From Penicillus capitatus (taxonomy: Eukaryota > Plantae > Chlorophyta), in assembly GCA_965649825.1 (NCBI GenBank), contig OZ287702.1:1342786-1406785 (forward strand): a stretch of 64,000 nt of DNA, read 5' to 3'. Of the stretch, positions 1-13,282 are shown piece after piece. The notes under the pieces are model-generated. The model saw only the letters and a program-made list of their open reading frames with translations. It had not been told where the DNA came from and made no database searches. The first letter of the stretch is position 1, and each line of letters begins with the position of its first letter. A program made the position numbers and the translations under genes.

Positions 1-579
1 CGAAAGTGAGCAAGCACGCCCGGAATGACCACCTTGGCGACGATGTGACGATGGGGTGCAGATGTCGCGAGAGCGCTGAAGAAGGGAGGTAAATTCGTCG
101 CCGAGTTCTGCGGAGAGGGAACCATTCAGCAGATTAGGAATGCGATGTCCTCTGTCCTGGCTCGTCGAGGAAAGGAACTGCCTGAAATTTGGTCTGGCAA
201 CCTCAATGAGTGATTTCGAGGTTGAAGAGGCTTGTGTCTCGTGGCAGGTACTTTCCTGGGAAAGAGAGCTATGTGCAGCTGCTGGAATCGCATGGCTTTA
301 AGGTCGAAGAGGCGATGCTTTTCGCGAGAGACACCCGTTGTCCTGCTGGAATTACAGGATGGCTTGAAGTCTTCGGAGGTTTTTTCTTCGAAGGACTGCC
401 GAAATCCATGCACCAAGAGGTGTCGTCATCGTTGTCCTGAGAATGATTCTAGCGACAATCCTGTGTCTGTTTAGCTCATCAAGGAGACCGCAGTCGAAAT
501 GGAGCCTCTACATGTCGATGAAAACGGCGTTTACCTCGTCGACTACAAGAGGTTGAGGATCCATGCCGTGAAAACGTGA
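1..579 (+). CDS. Class I SAM-dependent methyltransferase (Tam-like/bacterial-like), copy A1; 5' part lies outside the window
   Basis: Three exons joined across GT-AG introns give VARALKKGGKFVAEFCGEG...WYFPGKESYVQLLESHGF...DYKRLRIHAVKT*, stop 577-579. Homologous to the full copies at 16286, 39250 and 50278. Confidence 0.9.
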
Positions 580-837
580 GAAATGGCCCAAGAAGTACAT
601 TGACTGCCGGATCGGCGAGCTGGCGTCTTCGACTTGGTTGCTGGCTGGTTGATGAGCAGTGTGACGGTGACGACTTTCTTCCTGACGTGACATGTCTCCG
701 ACGACCTGGTATCAGCTCTATTGACTGATCCATGAAGGTGACGTGAAATTAAAGTCTTCAGTGGATGGTCTTCACTCTGGTTTTTTACTACGTAACCTGC
801 CTGCTTTTTGTTTGCTCCCAATGAACGAATCGACTTT

Positions 838-2228
838 CATCATCATTAAGCATTGTCATCATCATCATTTAATAAGGTTTATTGTGGCAGTGCATAATGC
901 ACATCAGCCACATGAACAAGGACAACACGCTGTAACGTCTCGTTTTAATACGCGGATCATATCCTTGGTGCCCAAATCGGTCTGCTCAGTTGTCAAAGAG
1001 ACCAGACTACCCCGAGTGGGCGATCCTTGACAGCCTGGCGAGTGCATCTGGCTCAGTGGGAGGCTATGGCCATGGGTTCGATGGCGTAGCAGCGCGGCAC
1101 TTTGTTCGTCTGGTCGTCTCGACATGCATCCACGACTTTTGTTTTACGCTCGGCGACCAGTTTGTCGCCGATCTGCTACTCGGTGAGGTAGACGGACGCT
1201 CCATACGACTGACAGAAGCGACATTCGGATCAAGCGGCCGGCAAGGTTGGGATGTTTCAGCAAACAAGGTCGTGTTGTTCGGTATATGGCGATGAAGCCA
1301 CGGAATCTTCAGGGCGGCTGTTGCGAAACTCGCCAGACAGTTAATGCTCGACATGGCTGTAGGACGTACAACAAATCTGGAGCTCGATGAATGATAATTC
1401 CTTGAAACGTTGCGGCACGGGAGCGTTTGGATATGTTGGCCGCCGCACTTCATGAGGATATGATTTCTGAACTCACGGGTATCCAGTTACTTCCAGTGGT
1501 CGTGGCTGCAGATCTGATGAACGGAAGGAAGTCGAGATCTTTCAAGATGCGTGCGTCTTTTTGCCTTGTGGGCAGGCTGGGAGAAATGGGTGGGTGAGGT
1601 CTTGGTCAGAAACTCTGATGACACAGCGGCGATCGTTCACACAGTTCTGCAACCGAGATAGCAAGCACAGCGGGACTTCTAGTCTCCCAACCTTCGATGG
1701 TAGCATGGAGCCATCGATCGTGTCAAAAGCCGGCGACAGATCTACAGAGGCTGCCAGCATGTCTTGTCCTCGAATCGAAGAATGATTTACCTCTGTCGAT
1801 GAGGCTGGCCACTGCTGTCTCGCATGGCTCTCGTTTTCCGAAAACCGAACTGCTTGTCGGATAGGACCTTGTTTGACTCTGACCAATGTGCTGGGAGATC
1901 CGCGATGATTCTCAAACTGTTTTTTATGACACACAGCAACCCCTCCTGTAGGAGAGGGGACGGTGAACAATATGTCAAGCCATCCATCGATGGTGATTCA
2001 CCTTCAGCGCCTCGAGACCTTCGTCCAACACCCCATCACCGTGTTGTTCGGCAGAGGCGACGTCTCTTTTTCTTTAGCGCCGGAAGGATCCGACATCGAG
2101 AGAAGGACGAAGTGCGGCGCACGGAACGGGTTGAAGAATTCCGTATCCTTTGGTTCGATGTACGACAGCTATCCTGGAAATGTCGCGTCAGGCAGATGAC
2201 TACAGATGACTCGTGCGATTGAGAAATC
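838..2228 (-). mobile_element. Degenerate 5'-truncated non-LTR retrotransposon (LINE) RT fragment with (ATG)n-type tail
   Basis: Minus-strand frames give LSDKQFGFRK and VDLSPAFDTID..MLPSKV...LQNCVNDRRCVIRV...CPQG, matching the LINE RT motifs QFGFR, DLSKAFDTV and GVPQG but broken by frameshifts. A (cat)n tract at 838-868 marks the 3' end. Confidence 0.85.
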
Positions 2229-2339
2229 TCTCGCACCGCGAGCAAACATTAAAACGCATCATCTTCCCGTCGTACAGTCGGAGGTCGTACGTCCAGGTCG
2301 TCGTTTTCGACTTCGAAAACCCGTCGGCAATCGAACAGG

Positions 2340-2612
2340 ATGGCCACGTTGCAGGACCGCTTCAACATCAACAGTCAGTTGGAGCATCTCCAGTCGAAGT
2401 ACGTCGGCACCGGTCACGCAGACCTGCCACGTTATGAGTGGGTGGTCAACGTCCACCGAGACAGCTTTGCATCGTACATCGGACACCATGGACCACTGTG
2501 TTACTTCGCCGTTGCCGAGAACGAGTCCATCGGAAGAACGCGATACCATCTGATGCAGAGAATGCTGCAGCCGTGCGGGATCCCTCCCGAGAAGAAGGAC
2601 GACGAACTGTGA
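2340..2612 (+). CDS. SF3B5: Splicing factor 3B subunit 5 (SF3b10), copy 1
   Basis: DRFNINSQLEHLQSKYVGTGHAD...HRDSFASYIGH...AVAENESIGR...MLQPCG is the family signature. Confidence 0.97.
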   Translation: MATLQDRFNINSQLEHLQSKYVGTGHADLPRYEWVVNVHRDSFASYIGHHGPLCYFAVAENESIGRTRYHLMQRMLQPCGIPPEKKDDEL

Positions 2613-2959
2613 ACGCCCCCCCCCGCCGTTTATCGCATCCCGTACCCTTGTGCAAGAGAGATGAGACGTCGTTTCGGAGGATCATAGTATCAAAGTTACA
2701 TTTTAGAAGAACCAAGTTTTTATTCCACACCAAAACGGAGGGCTGTCGAAAGAAAACCAGAGCTTCGAGGCACCATTGGGTTTGATACAATTGATATTGG
2801 CAATGATGAAGTCGTCGAAGCCCATAGACCTAAATCCCTGTAAAGAAATCCCGCGAAACAGTACTTCCTGTCGTTGCGCATTGCGCGTGCGATTGTTAGG
2901 CCCACTGCCATCGTCAGCTGTACACGCATGCCGCTCGCGTGCGCGTGTGCCGATTGCCA

Positions 2960-4039
2960 TCACTGCCAATGACCGTCCGGGACAAAATCTGTCGTCGCCT
3001 GTTGTACGCGGTACTGCAGATCCACTTCGCTCTGCAGATAGCTGCTGCATTCTTCGATGTATTCGGGGGAGCACGTGAGGTCGTTGTACAGTCTGGCCTG
3101 GGTCTCGGGGAGGTTGACGTTGAACCACGGGTCGTCCCAGATTCCGTCCATGTCGATCCGGCAGCAGGGATTCGTGTGCAGAATCCTCTGCAAGAAGGCC
3201 CGGCACTCGGGCGAGAGTCGATAGGGGTACGCCTCGAACTGCAGATCCGGCTCATCGTCCGTCTCCATCAGGTTTGTCAGCTGTCGGAGGATCGACGCCG
3301 AGTCGTCCGTGAGCTGCTGCACCAGAGGCCACGCCGTCAGTCCAAGCAGCATCTTGAACAGACACACGCCGCAGGCGTAGATGTCTCCCTTCACGGCGAA
3401 CTCGAACGAATTGCGTCGATTGTGGATCATGGACTCGGGTGCCATGTAGCCGCGTTTCCCCACGTAGGACCGCTCCCCGTTCTTCTCCAGCGACAGCTTG
3501 GAGCGCGAAAAGCCCAAATCGCACAGTATGATGTTCCAGCCCTGCGCCGAATGCTGCCCCGTGATGAGGATGTTGTCCAATGCGATGTCTCGGTTGGCGA
3601 CATTGCGCCGGTGCGAATAGTCCACCGCCAGGATGAGTTGCTGAAAGGCCCAGCGAGCTTCGTCCTCTGTAAGCGGCCCATTGCGCAGAAACTCTGCCAG
3701 TGTGCCTCCTTCTTCGTAGTTGAACGCAATCAGCAGAAAGTTTCGCGTGAGGCGGACTTCACGGAAGCCGACGATGTGCTTGTGGCAGAGCTTTCTGTGA
3801 TTCAGAATCTCTCGCGTCACTCGGCGGCATTTCCTCGAATCGATCCTGAGGACGTCGCGCGGATAGCATTTCACGGCTATCGGCCCGACGATCGTGTCCG
3901 AGTACGGATTGATGCGGTGGTCGATGACTTGGTAGACACATGCCTGTCCTCCCTGTCCCAAGAGTGCGTCTTGTCCGGGCGGTATAGAAAACCACGGTGG
4001 AAAATCAAGAGGAGCGGAGTAAGCGATATCAGCATTCAT
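2960..4039 (-). CDS. Intronless SnRK2/CAMK-like protein kinase with atypical catalytic loop, copy 1
   Basis: 359 aa ORF with GQGGQACV, AVK, REILNHRKLCHKHIVGFREV (SnRK2-like), NRDIALDN, DLG and MAPE. Confidence 0.92.
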   Translation of the reverse strand: MNADIAYSAPLDFPPWFSIPPGQDALLGQGGQACVYQVIDHRINPYSDTIVGPIAVKCYPRDVLRIDSRKCRRVTREILNHRKLCHKHIVGFREVRLTRNFLLIAFNYEEGGTLAEFLRNGPLTEDEARWAFQQLILAVDYSHRRNVANRDIALDNILITGQHSAQGWNIILCDLGFSRSKLSLEKNGERSYVGKRGYMAPESMIHNRRNSFEFAVKGDIYACGVCLFKMLLGLTAWPLVQQLTDDSASILRQLTNLMETDDEPDLQFEAYPYRLSPECRAFLQRILHTNPCCRIDMDGIWDDPWFNVNLPETQARLYNDLTCSPEYIEECSSYLQSEVDLQYRVQQATTDFVPDGHWQ

Positions 4040-4252
4040 GTCTGTCTATGTAACTCAAGCACGAGGAGAAAGGAACACGGAGGGGACAGAAGCGAAGGGC
4101 TTTAAACCGCAGACGGTAAGTGAACTGAAGTGAAGCGAAGCGAAGCTCGCACTGACGGCGGGAACGACGCGGCCAAAAGGTGCGGTCTACGCGGCTGGGA
4201 TTTGTGCTGGGAATGCCATTAACGGAGAGATGGATGCAAAATTTCCCGCGGC

Positions 4253-4858
4253 TCAGTCAACTTTGAGCTCATGCGTCATCTTCTTGACATCGGTCGGGTT
4301 ATTTTGCGAAGTCAAAACGTGAAGCAGCGTGCCTGTTGCGGAACCTACTGTGAAAGCGCCTGTGTCGCGTGCTGTCAGACATGACGCGTCATGTGCTTTG
4401 GCATTTTACCTGCGATGGTGTAGATGGAATGGTTCAGGATGAAAGGAGCAATGACTGCAGACAGCAACCCCAGAGCTGCAGAGAAACGATCGCAGCGATT
4501 CTGAGATGCGTTGTAGTGTAGACGATAAACACGATCTTCGAGACCTTCCCGGTCCATCCCCAAGAACTTGCTCAATCCCAATGCACCTAACACGTCGTCC
4601 GCCACGTATGTGTTACGTGCAATACGGGTAGGGAAATGGACCGGAGAGAGCTAAGCCGCCGGTCAGAGAGTAGCTCAGTGCTTCGGATGCGAGTCCGACA
4701 TCCAGAGGCTTTCCGGTGCGGTACCCTCGAAGTGCTAGAATCGGCAACACGATGCCGCAGCCGACTACGCTGCCAACTTGCGTCCCTTTCATACTTATAT
4801 GTTGAAAGAGACGAAGCGCCGCGTAACGACTCGGGTCAAAATCTTCGCCTGTTGCCAT
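4253..4858 (-). CDS. DUF1757-like small membrane protein, 3 exons
   Basis: MATGEDFD...GGLALSGALGLSKF...EGLEDRVYRLHYNASQNRCDRF, then a 38-nt GT-AG intron and a last exon ARDTGAFTVGSATGTLLHVLT...VD*. The family call comes from the recalled DRxYRLxxNxxQxRxD motif. Confidence 0.7.
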
Positions 4859-4945
4859 TTTTCGCTTGAATATTCGAATTGCAAGGCTGACCGTTACGCG
4901 ATGTCACATCTCAAGCGTCATCCCATCAAAGCGGATGGGTACTGT

Positions 4946-6480
4946 TCATTCAAGGGATGTCGTGCCAATTTGTGACACCCGTGTGGACTTTAGTCGATAA
5001 AGAAGGATTTGTGGCTTCCAACCAGCTTCTTCCAGCTGAGTGAGAAAATCGCCGAACCGCATGTTCGTTTCTCGAAGGCTCTGATGAAAGGCATCGATCC
5101 CTGGAGTCCAATGATGCTGTGATTGCTGCTGAAGCCATAAGAATTGCCAAAGGGCTTTGAGACAGTGCTTTGCTCCGCCTCCTTGCTTGAGCACCACAAA
5201 CCCATGTCCCTCTTCAACAAACAGCAGATACTGCTCTTCTCTGTAAACGTCAATCCACGAACTAAATCTTGCATTATGTACAAGACGTTCGGAAACGTAT
5301 TTCAACGAGCTGCCGAATTCGATAGATGGTGTGGCCAACAACCAGTCCGTCAGAATCTGCTGTTTCTGTGCCATCGTTGCGGGATCGGTGAGCGGCTGTC
5401 CAGCGAGATGCAACTGAATGAGCATACTCGATCGGACGAGGCTAAGGGAATCGAACTGAAGACATCGAAGGGCGATGAAGCGACATACGACGTGGATGGA
5501 ATGGAAAATGGCCCAGGTGACCAGAACAGGTTCCCAGCCTGTCGCATCTTGTAAAGATGACAGAATAACAACGCTTGTCAGCAAGCCTGTAAACTGCCCG
5601 GCCACCTCCCATGACTCTTCCTTGGCTGACACCTCACCAATGTTGTTGTTTCGTGCAAAATGCTGCTGGATAACACGTAACGAAGGTTTCGCCATGCCCG
5701 TTGCCAAAGCCCTGGCGAAGTTTCCCGTTCCGGCCAACAAAAGAAACTGGGAGGGAAAGAAGACCGTTGCGATCTCCAGAGAGAGCCCGACAGTGACGAT
5801 GACATCAGCCGCCATTCTCCACTCGCGTGGGTGCTGATCGATGTAGAGTCCCAAACGGCCGCCTACGAACAGACGGCCCAATGCTCCTACTCCGTCCTTC
5901 GTGATCCACTTGATCGATGCGGCGACAGCTGTTGCCGGAACCGCACTGGATCCCACACCGACAGCCCGGAGCATACTGCTGGTGGCCAGGGAAGTGCTCA
6001 CCCATCCCTAAACACATCTTCTCGTGACGATCGCGACCACGTATGTATGCCGTTCACACGGTGATATGAGTGGGCAGTGTCCACAGTTGATAGGGCAGAT
6101 AGTCAGCTGACACAGACTTTGGAAATTCCGTAGGGATAAAGAGTCCTAAAGATGCGCATCCTAACCCTGGCTGTTGGTGATGTTGCCTACCTGCCTGTTA
6201 TGGCGTCGGACAGGCGGAGCGTTTGATTCTGTAGACGGGATTTTCCGCTGTGTTTGACTCTCCAGTGACCATTGGCATCAAACAGGAGTGTCTCTGAGCC
6301 AGTTTCGACCAGGACCACCTCGTTCTGCAGAGGTTCCTGTCCAATACTTGAGATCGCACGACCAATTGTCTTACCTTTTCCGCCATCGGTCGTGCGTTGT
6401 CCGACGGCGACCGACCATTGCGGCATCGCGGCTTCCTCAGCACGTATCTTCTCTTCAGAAAGACTGTCTGTCTTGGACAT
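4946..6480 (-). CDS. ROOT UVB SENSITIVE / DUF647 family protein (start codon uncertain)
   Basis: FIPTEFPKSVSADYLPYQLW...SLATSSMLRAVGVG...WITKDGVGALGRL...WRMAAD...HFARNNNIGEVSAKEE; main exon 4946-~6001 plus two upstream exons. Confidence 0.88.
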
Positions 6481-6696
6481 GGGACCGTTCTCGAGACGTA
6501 CATGAGGATGACGGACGGTACGGGCACCGTTCCCTGTTCTCTGCGATGCTTCCTTCCACCCGTGTTCGATTAAACGCCTGGGTGACCGGAGCGATCTTCG
6601 CCGGCGTCGCCTACGTACACACACAAGTACACCCACGAAGTGTTCTCCCTGTCTCTTAGTTCCCCTCTTCGCCAGAGAACCCTTCTGCAGTCGACA

Positions 6697-7684
6697 TCAC
6701 GCGTCGTCGACGCTTTCCCCGCTTCTCGAGTCATCCCTGACCCTCCTCCTCAAGTCTGCCTGCCCACAAGAGACCAGAGATGATGCTTGGCTGTAGGTCA
6801 GGGATCCCTTGTTTGGACCTGCGTTTCGGGCGGCGTGCATCAAACAGTGGAACCAGGTAAAGGGTCGGAATTTAAAATGGAATGTATGATGTAGCCATAT
6901 CGTCCATGAATGTGTACGAAATACATCGAGAGGGCGGCAGGAGTCGCAGATCCATCACCGCCCTCACTCAATCGGAGAAAACAAAAAAAAGAGAGAAGAC
7001 ACGAGTGTTTGGCGTAGGGGATTGATTTTGTATTCGGTGGAATGGCACACGCACTGGCAAACCGTGGACTATAATGGCCATCGAAAAATCCGCCCGCAAC
7101 GTTGAATATCTCTCTGCGATGCATGAATGTCAAATCGACAATGGTCTTCCCACCCGTTGCGATTGTGACTGTCGCAAGGGACAAGGAAGCTAAAAAATAT
7201 CAGACGCCAATCATTTGCCTTTCTCTTGTTGTACATCGGATGCGATTTAAAAAAGGCGCCTTATCGGAACTGGATGTGTTCTGTCCGGTCTTGTAACGGA
7301 ACGAAAGTCTTATTCTGCGAGATACAACGCATGTCCATGCAACGCCCTGCGCGTCAAGGACATGCTTCGAGAGATCTGTACGACGGATGATTCACCGCAA
7401 TGCGACATCATGAGCAGAGAGAAGTGGTCCGATGATCGTACCTGTTTGAATTGCGGCCGCCATGTGTGATCTTTCTTGGGCCTCTGTGTGAGGAGCGCCA
7501 CCAGAAATGATCCCAGATCGAGTTCAACAGCCTCCACGATGCTTCTGTTGTTGTCTGGGGCGAGTAACGGGGAATGGCGACTTTCGGCGTCAGCGAGTAG
7601 GCCAGGAGTCTTCTCAAGGATATCGAATCCATGGATTCCGGCTCTTGCGGGTACGGGGATGACGTCTGTACGACTACATGTCAC
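6697..7684 (-). CDS. Possible unidentified multi-exon gene
   Basis: Adjacent protein-like ORFs (7310-7684, 6840-7184) with plausible GT-AG joins and a TGA near 6697; no family recognised. Confidence 0.3.
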
Positions 7685-8071
7685 ACATGTCTCAGTAAAT
7701 CACACATTACACTCTCTTTTAGCGCTTAAAAAAGTGGAAGAGTCAACAATAAGCACGTATGAATTCCAATACTGAATTCCTGGGAACCTAACTGTCTTTG
7801 GAATTTAACATCTCTCCTCGCGACCCCAGTTTCTCAACTTATTTGAATAAAAACGGATACCGTCATTTCAAACCAATCCATCCAGAAGCTACTTGAAGAA
7901 GAGAGGGGAAGGTTATTTAACAGGTGTGGCAGCAGTGGTCGTCATTATTTTCTAAGAATCGATCCTAACACGTAGAAGAAAAGAGAGTCAACAAAAAACG
8001 ATCGACGAAACCCAGTCTGCCATAGAGGGGAATCTATCAGTAACGCCACGCGTTGAGCTTTGTCGCCACAA

Positions 8072-9815
<1,744 letters not shown>

Positions 9816-10173
9816 TTATGGTGCCTCTGAGGAGTGTCCACGGGTCGATGGATGATTTGTCGACTCACTGAGCTTTATCTTTTTTAGAACCGTTGAATCA
9901 GAAGAAACTAGACGAACAGCGTCGTTAAGAAATCCATCGGTACGGGTCAATCACCACGAAACGCGTCTGTCTGTGAACGCTTTGCGAATGAAACTGTCTC
10001 GAGTTGTTGAGCAAGATTCACTCGATGCTCTGCAGTACGTGCTATTTGCAAAACTCTAATGCGTCGTGGAGATTCCTCGCAGTTGGTGCGCGCGTTGGAC
10101 TCACAAATAACATCTATTGCACTAATGCCGGCATTTCGTCAAGAGATTTCTTCCGTTCCGCAGACATACATAC

Positions 10174-10428
10174 ATGTCTCCTCCACGTGGCGCGCCGCAT
10201 TATCTGAAGGAAGTATGGAGTCCGATGGGTGGCTGGTACTGTGACCCAGTCTACTGGAGACGTAATACGGTCATCGGTCTCTGTGCCTGCTTTGCGATAA
10301 CCATACCAATGTTCTTCTACTCTGCCAAACTCGAAGAACGTCCAAACTATCCGCGACGTTGGATCCCTTCCCTACTCTGGTGCAAGAACTTCCCAGATCC
10401 TCCCTCAGGTGTGTTCTCACACAAATGA
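10174..10428 (+). CDS. Mitochondrial complex I small accessory subunit (plant/fungal KxVWSxxGGW family, NUUM-like)
   Basis: KEVWSPMGGWYCDPVYWRRNT...SAKLEERP...IPSLLWCKNF matches the recalled plant/fungal family. Confidence 0.8.
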   Translation: MSPPRGAPHYLKEVWSPMGGWYCDPVYWRRNTVIGLCACFAITIPMFFYSAKLEERPNYPRRWIPSLLWCKNFPDPPSGVFSHK

Positions 10429-10574
10429 GATTCGGTTAAGCGTGACGCGTTGGTGATGAGATTAGGAACCTCCTCCTGAGATGATGAGAAGTGACGCTGG
10501 CTGGCTGTCCAGCAGCTGATGAAACACGGTTTCAGTGTGTGCTAAGAGATGGTATCTTAAATGGGTTCGATCTG

Positions 10575-11311
10575 TCAAGTAATGGGTTTCTTTCTGAAAT
10601 CTCTCCTCATGTCGTATGCGTCTTCCCCGTCTGCGTAGTACTTTGCCTCCACATCATGAATCCTATTCACCATCACAAGAGAATGTCATCCATTGCAGAT
10701 CTAGAGTGGGTTGGGACTCGTAGCCGAGGGTCTCTGTGTAGAGATGATAGGCTGCTTTGTTGGTGACACGGACATGGAGAGAAGAGTATTCGGCATCAAA
10801 CACTTGGGCCATGGCACGATCTGAACGAACGAACATGTCCGCTGTTCTACTAAGAGAGATGAAAAGACATACGTGCAGCGTTCATCAGCTTGGTCGCCAG
10901 TCCCAATTTACGGTGGGAACGCGCAACAGCGAGGGAGGTGATATGACCATGCACTTCACTCGAGTCCTCTTCCCTGAAGGAAAATGAGAAAATGTGTGAG
11001 ATATCATCGAAGGCTGTACATTTTTGCCAAAACATAACCAACGATCTTCCCATCATAGTCTTCCGCCACGTAGAGCAGCTGGGGCCAGGACAGGATATGG
11101 TAGAAATAGTACTGCACAGCCAACAATGACATTCTCACACAACACCGCCCATGCGAGTGACAGAAGAAACCTTCAGGAGATAGTTCTCGGGCAAACTGAC
11201 AACAGCAGGTCATTTCAGAACGGCGCTCTAGTAGACATAGAGTTACCAAAGGAGGTTGCAGCGTTGAATGGCGAGTAGGTCTGCAAGCGTTGCTGGTCGA
11301 ATCGACACCAT
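10575..11311 (-). CDS. NAA10: N-alpha-acetyltransferase 10 (NatA catalytic subunit)
   Basis: Spliced: [42 protein letters not shown]...[23 protein letters not shown]...[16 protein letters not shown]...*. Confidence 0.95.
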
Positions 11312-11532
11312 CTCTCCTCGACCTCAACCAACGCGACAGAAGGTGTACGATTGACCGTAGACGATGTTGCGACGACAACTGCTCCGAGTGCTCGATGCGT
11401 GGACAACGTGGAGAGGGGCCATTCGATTAACGTCGTCGCCGTCGTTGAAAGGCTCCGTCTCGACAACAAACCTTCAGGTGCGGGGGCAGGATTGGAATCG
11501 CTTTCGGAAAAACGCTGATCTGGTTGGCAGCG

Positions 11533-13076
11533 ATGGATGGCTCTCACGTGTCGCGCATCGAATGCGCGGGGTCTATTCTTCGGCGAAGTGACAGAAGCAA
11601 ACAAGTCGTTGTTTCGACGAGTGCCATTTCCAGGGAGAGGCAGATCCGTCTTCTCTCCTGGAATGTCCTGCCAAAGACCATACGTCTCACACCTTTGAAG
11701 ACGTCATCGAATGACGGTGACTGTTTTGTGCAGAGTTATGTCCCGTTGTTGCCGGATGGGATCTCTCCTCGACTGGCATCCGGTCTCGTCGCTTGGTTCG
11801 GTGCCAGCACATTCGGCGTGGCGACGTTGATCATACTGGGCGGCGTCACACGTCTCACGCGTTCGGGCTTGTCCATGACAGACTGGAAATTCACAGGTTG
11901 GGCGACCGACGTTTGGCCGCATCTCTCGATCGATCGTCGCCCGAATGGAACAGGCGAACGTCCACCGCTGACGGCATCGGACTGGGAGACGGAGTTCGAA
12001 AAATACAGACAGAGTCCAGAGTTTCACAAAGTCAATCGAAGCATCTCGTTAGAGGAATTCAAGTTCATCTACTGGATGGAGTACGCTCACCGAATGTGGG
12101 GCAGATGTCTCGGAGCGATCTTCGGTACGTTCCGTGCACGAGACGTTGCCGAATTGCCTTCCAGGGCTACCCGCACTCTACTTCGCGGCGAAGAGAGCCA
12201 TCACTCCTGTACTGGGGCAACGCATCGCCCTGCTGCTCATGATGGGAGGCGCACAGGGCCTCGTGGGCTGGTGGATGGTGAAGAGTGGACTGGAAGAGCC
12301 TCGGAACGAAACGGCTGTTCCTCGAGTGAGCCCCTACCGTCTGGCGGCGCATCTCACATCCGCCTTCGCGATCTACTCCTTTCTCCTGTGGACGACGCTC
12401 TCCTTGCGCACTCCCCGTCCTCTCCTCCGATCTGCCTCTCTCGTCATCCAACGCGGTACGGCATCGGTGGGAGAAGCCTTCTGTCTGCGAGACGCGTCCA
12501 GAGAGCCGACCACTGAGATCGTGGCTGATGCCTTTGGGAGGACTGGTTGGCATCACGGCGATCTCGGGAGCGTTTGTCGCGGGCAACGACGCGGGAAGGA
12601 GCTACAACACGTTTCCAAAGATGGGCGTGGACTGGATCCCCGAAGAGTACTTCGCTCGGAGGGTCTTCTCCAGAGAGCATCTCTTTGAGAACACAGCCTC
12701 CGTTCAGCTGCACCACAGGTCCGCGACCGAATGCCGCCCAGACGCAGATATCGCGTCCTTCGCACCAGGGTGTTGGCTCTGGCAACCGGCGCTAGCAGTG
12801 TGGCTCTCTTTCTCAAATCGCGCAGCATGGAGCTGCATCCCATTTCAAGACAGTACCTCATAGGTGCCACTCCCTGTACGATGCCCATCTGAGAGGTGGA
12901 TGGCCGCAGAGCTGTTCGGCGCCGTTCTGGTCCAAGGCACCCTCGGAATCTTCACGCTGCTCAACCACGTACCCACCTGGTTGGGTTCGGCTCACCAGGC
13001 GGGAGCACTGATTGTCCTTTCTCTCGTTATGGGTGCGGCACACTCCTGCCGAGACGCGACAACCTTCGCGGTGTAG
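11533..13076 (+). CDS. COX15: Heme A synthase, copy 1 (5 exons; start codon approximate)
   Basis: LGGVTRLTRSGLSMTDWK, EFKFIYWMEYAHRMWGR, QGLVGWWMVKSGL, RVSPYRLAAHL, AFVAGNDAG, LGSAHQAGA. Confidence 0.95.
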
Positions 13077-13282
13077 GTTCCCTTCACACTCTTCGCCCAG
13101 CGCAGCCATCGCCTATCGGCGGGATAATAGCCAGAGTGGGCCCCGGGCTTACAGCATTGGCGATCTTAGGAATTGGAATTCGGGTTGCGTTAATGAATGA
13201 ATCAAGCAGGTGAAGTCTGTCGGCGGTTGAAGATCTTTCGACTAGAAACGGGGCAACAGAAAACAGTATCCCGAAAACTGCA

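Larger units (their letters stand above)
1..2234. repeat. Segmental duplication A1 (methyltransferase 3' part plus LINE remnant), direct copy of ~16673-18968
   Basis: Colinear similarity read directly; both copies end in ...gactcgtgcgattgagaaatctctcgc and then diverge. Confidence 0.9.
2232..4380. repeat. Segmental duplication B1 (SF3B5 + kinase + last exon of DUF1757 gene), direct copy of 36401-38556
   Basis: SF3B5 and kinase translations are identical in both copies; boundaries read at cgcaccgcgagc and gctgtcagac. Confidence 0.95.

Noticed and set aside
2939-4105. 388-aa plus-strand ORF (and its copy at 37103-38269)
   Set aside because: Antisense shadow of the kinase CDS, with no recognisable motifs.
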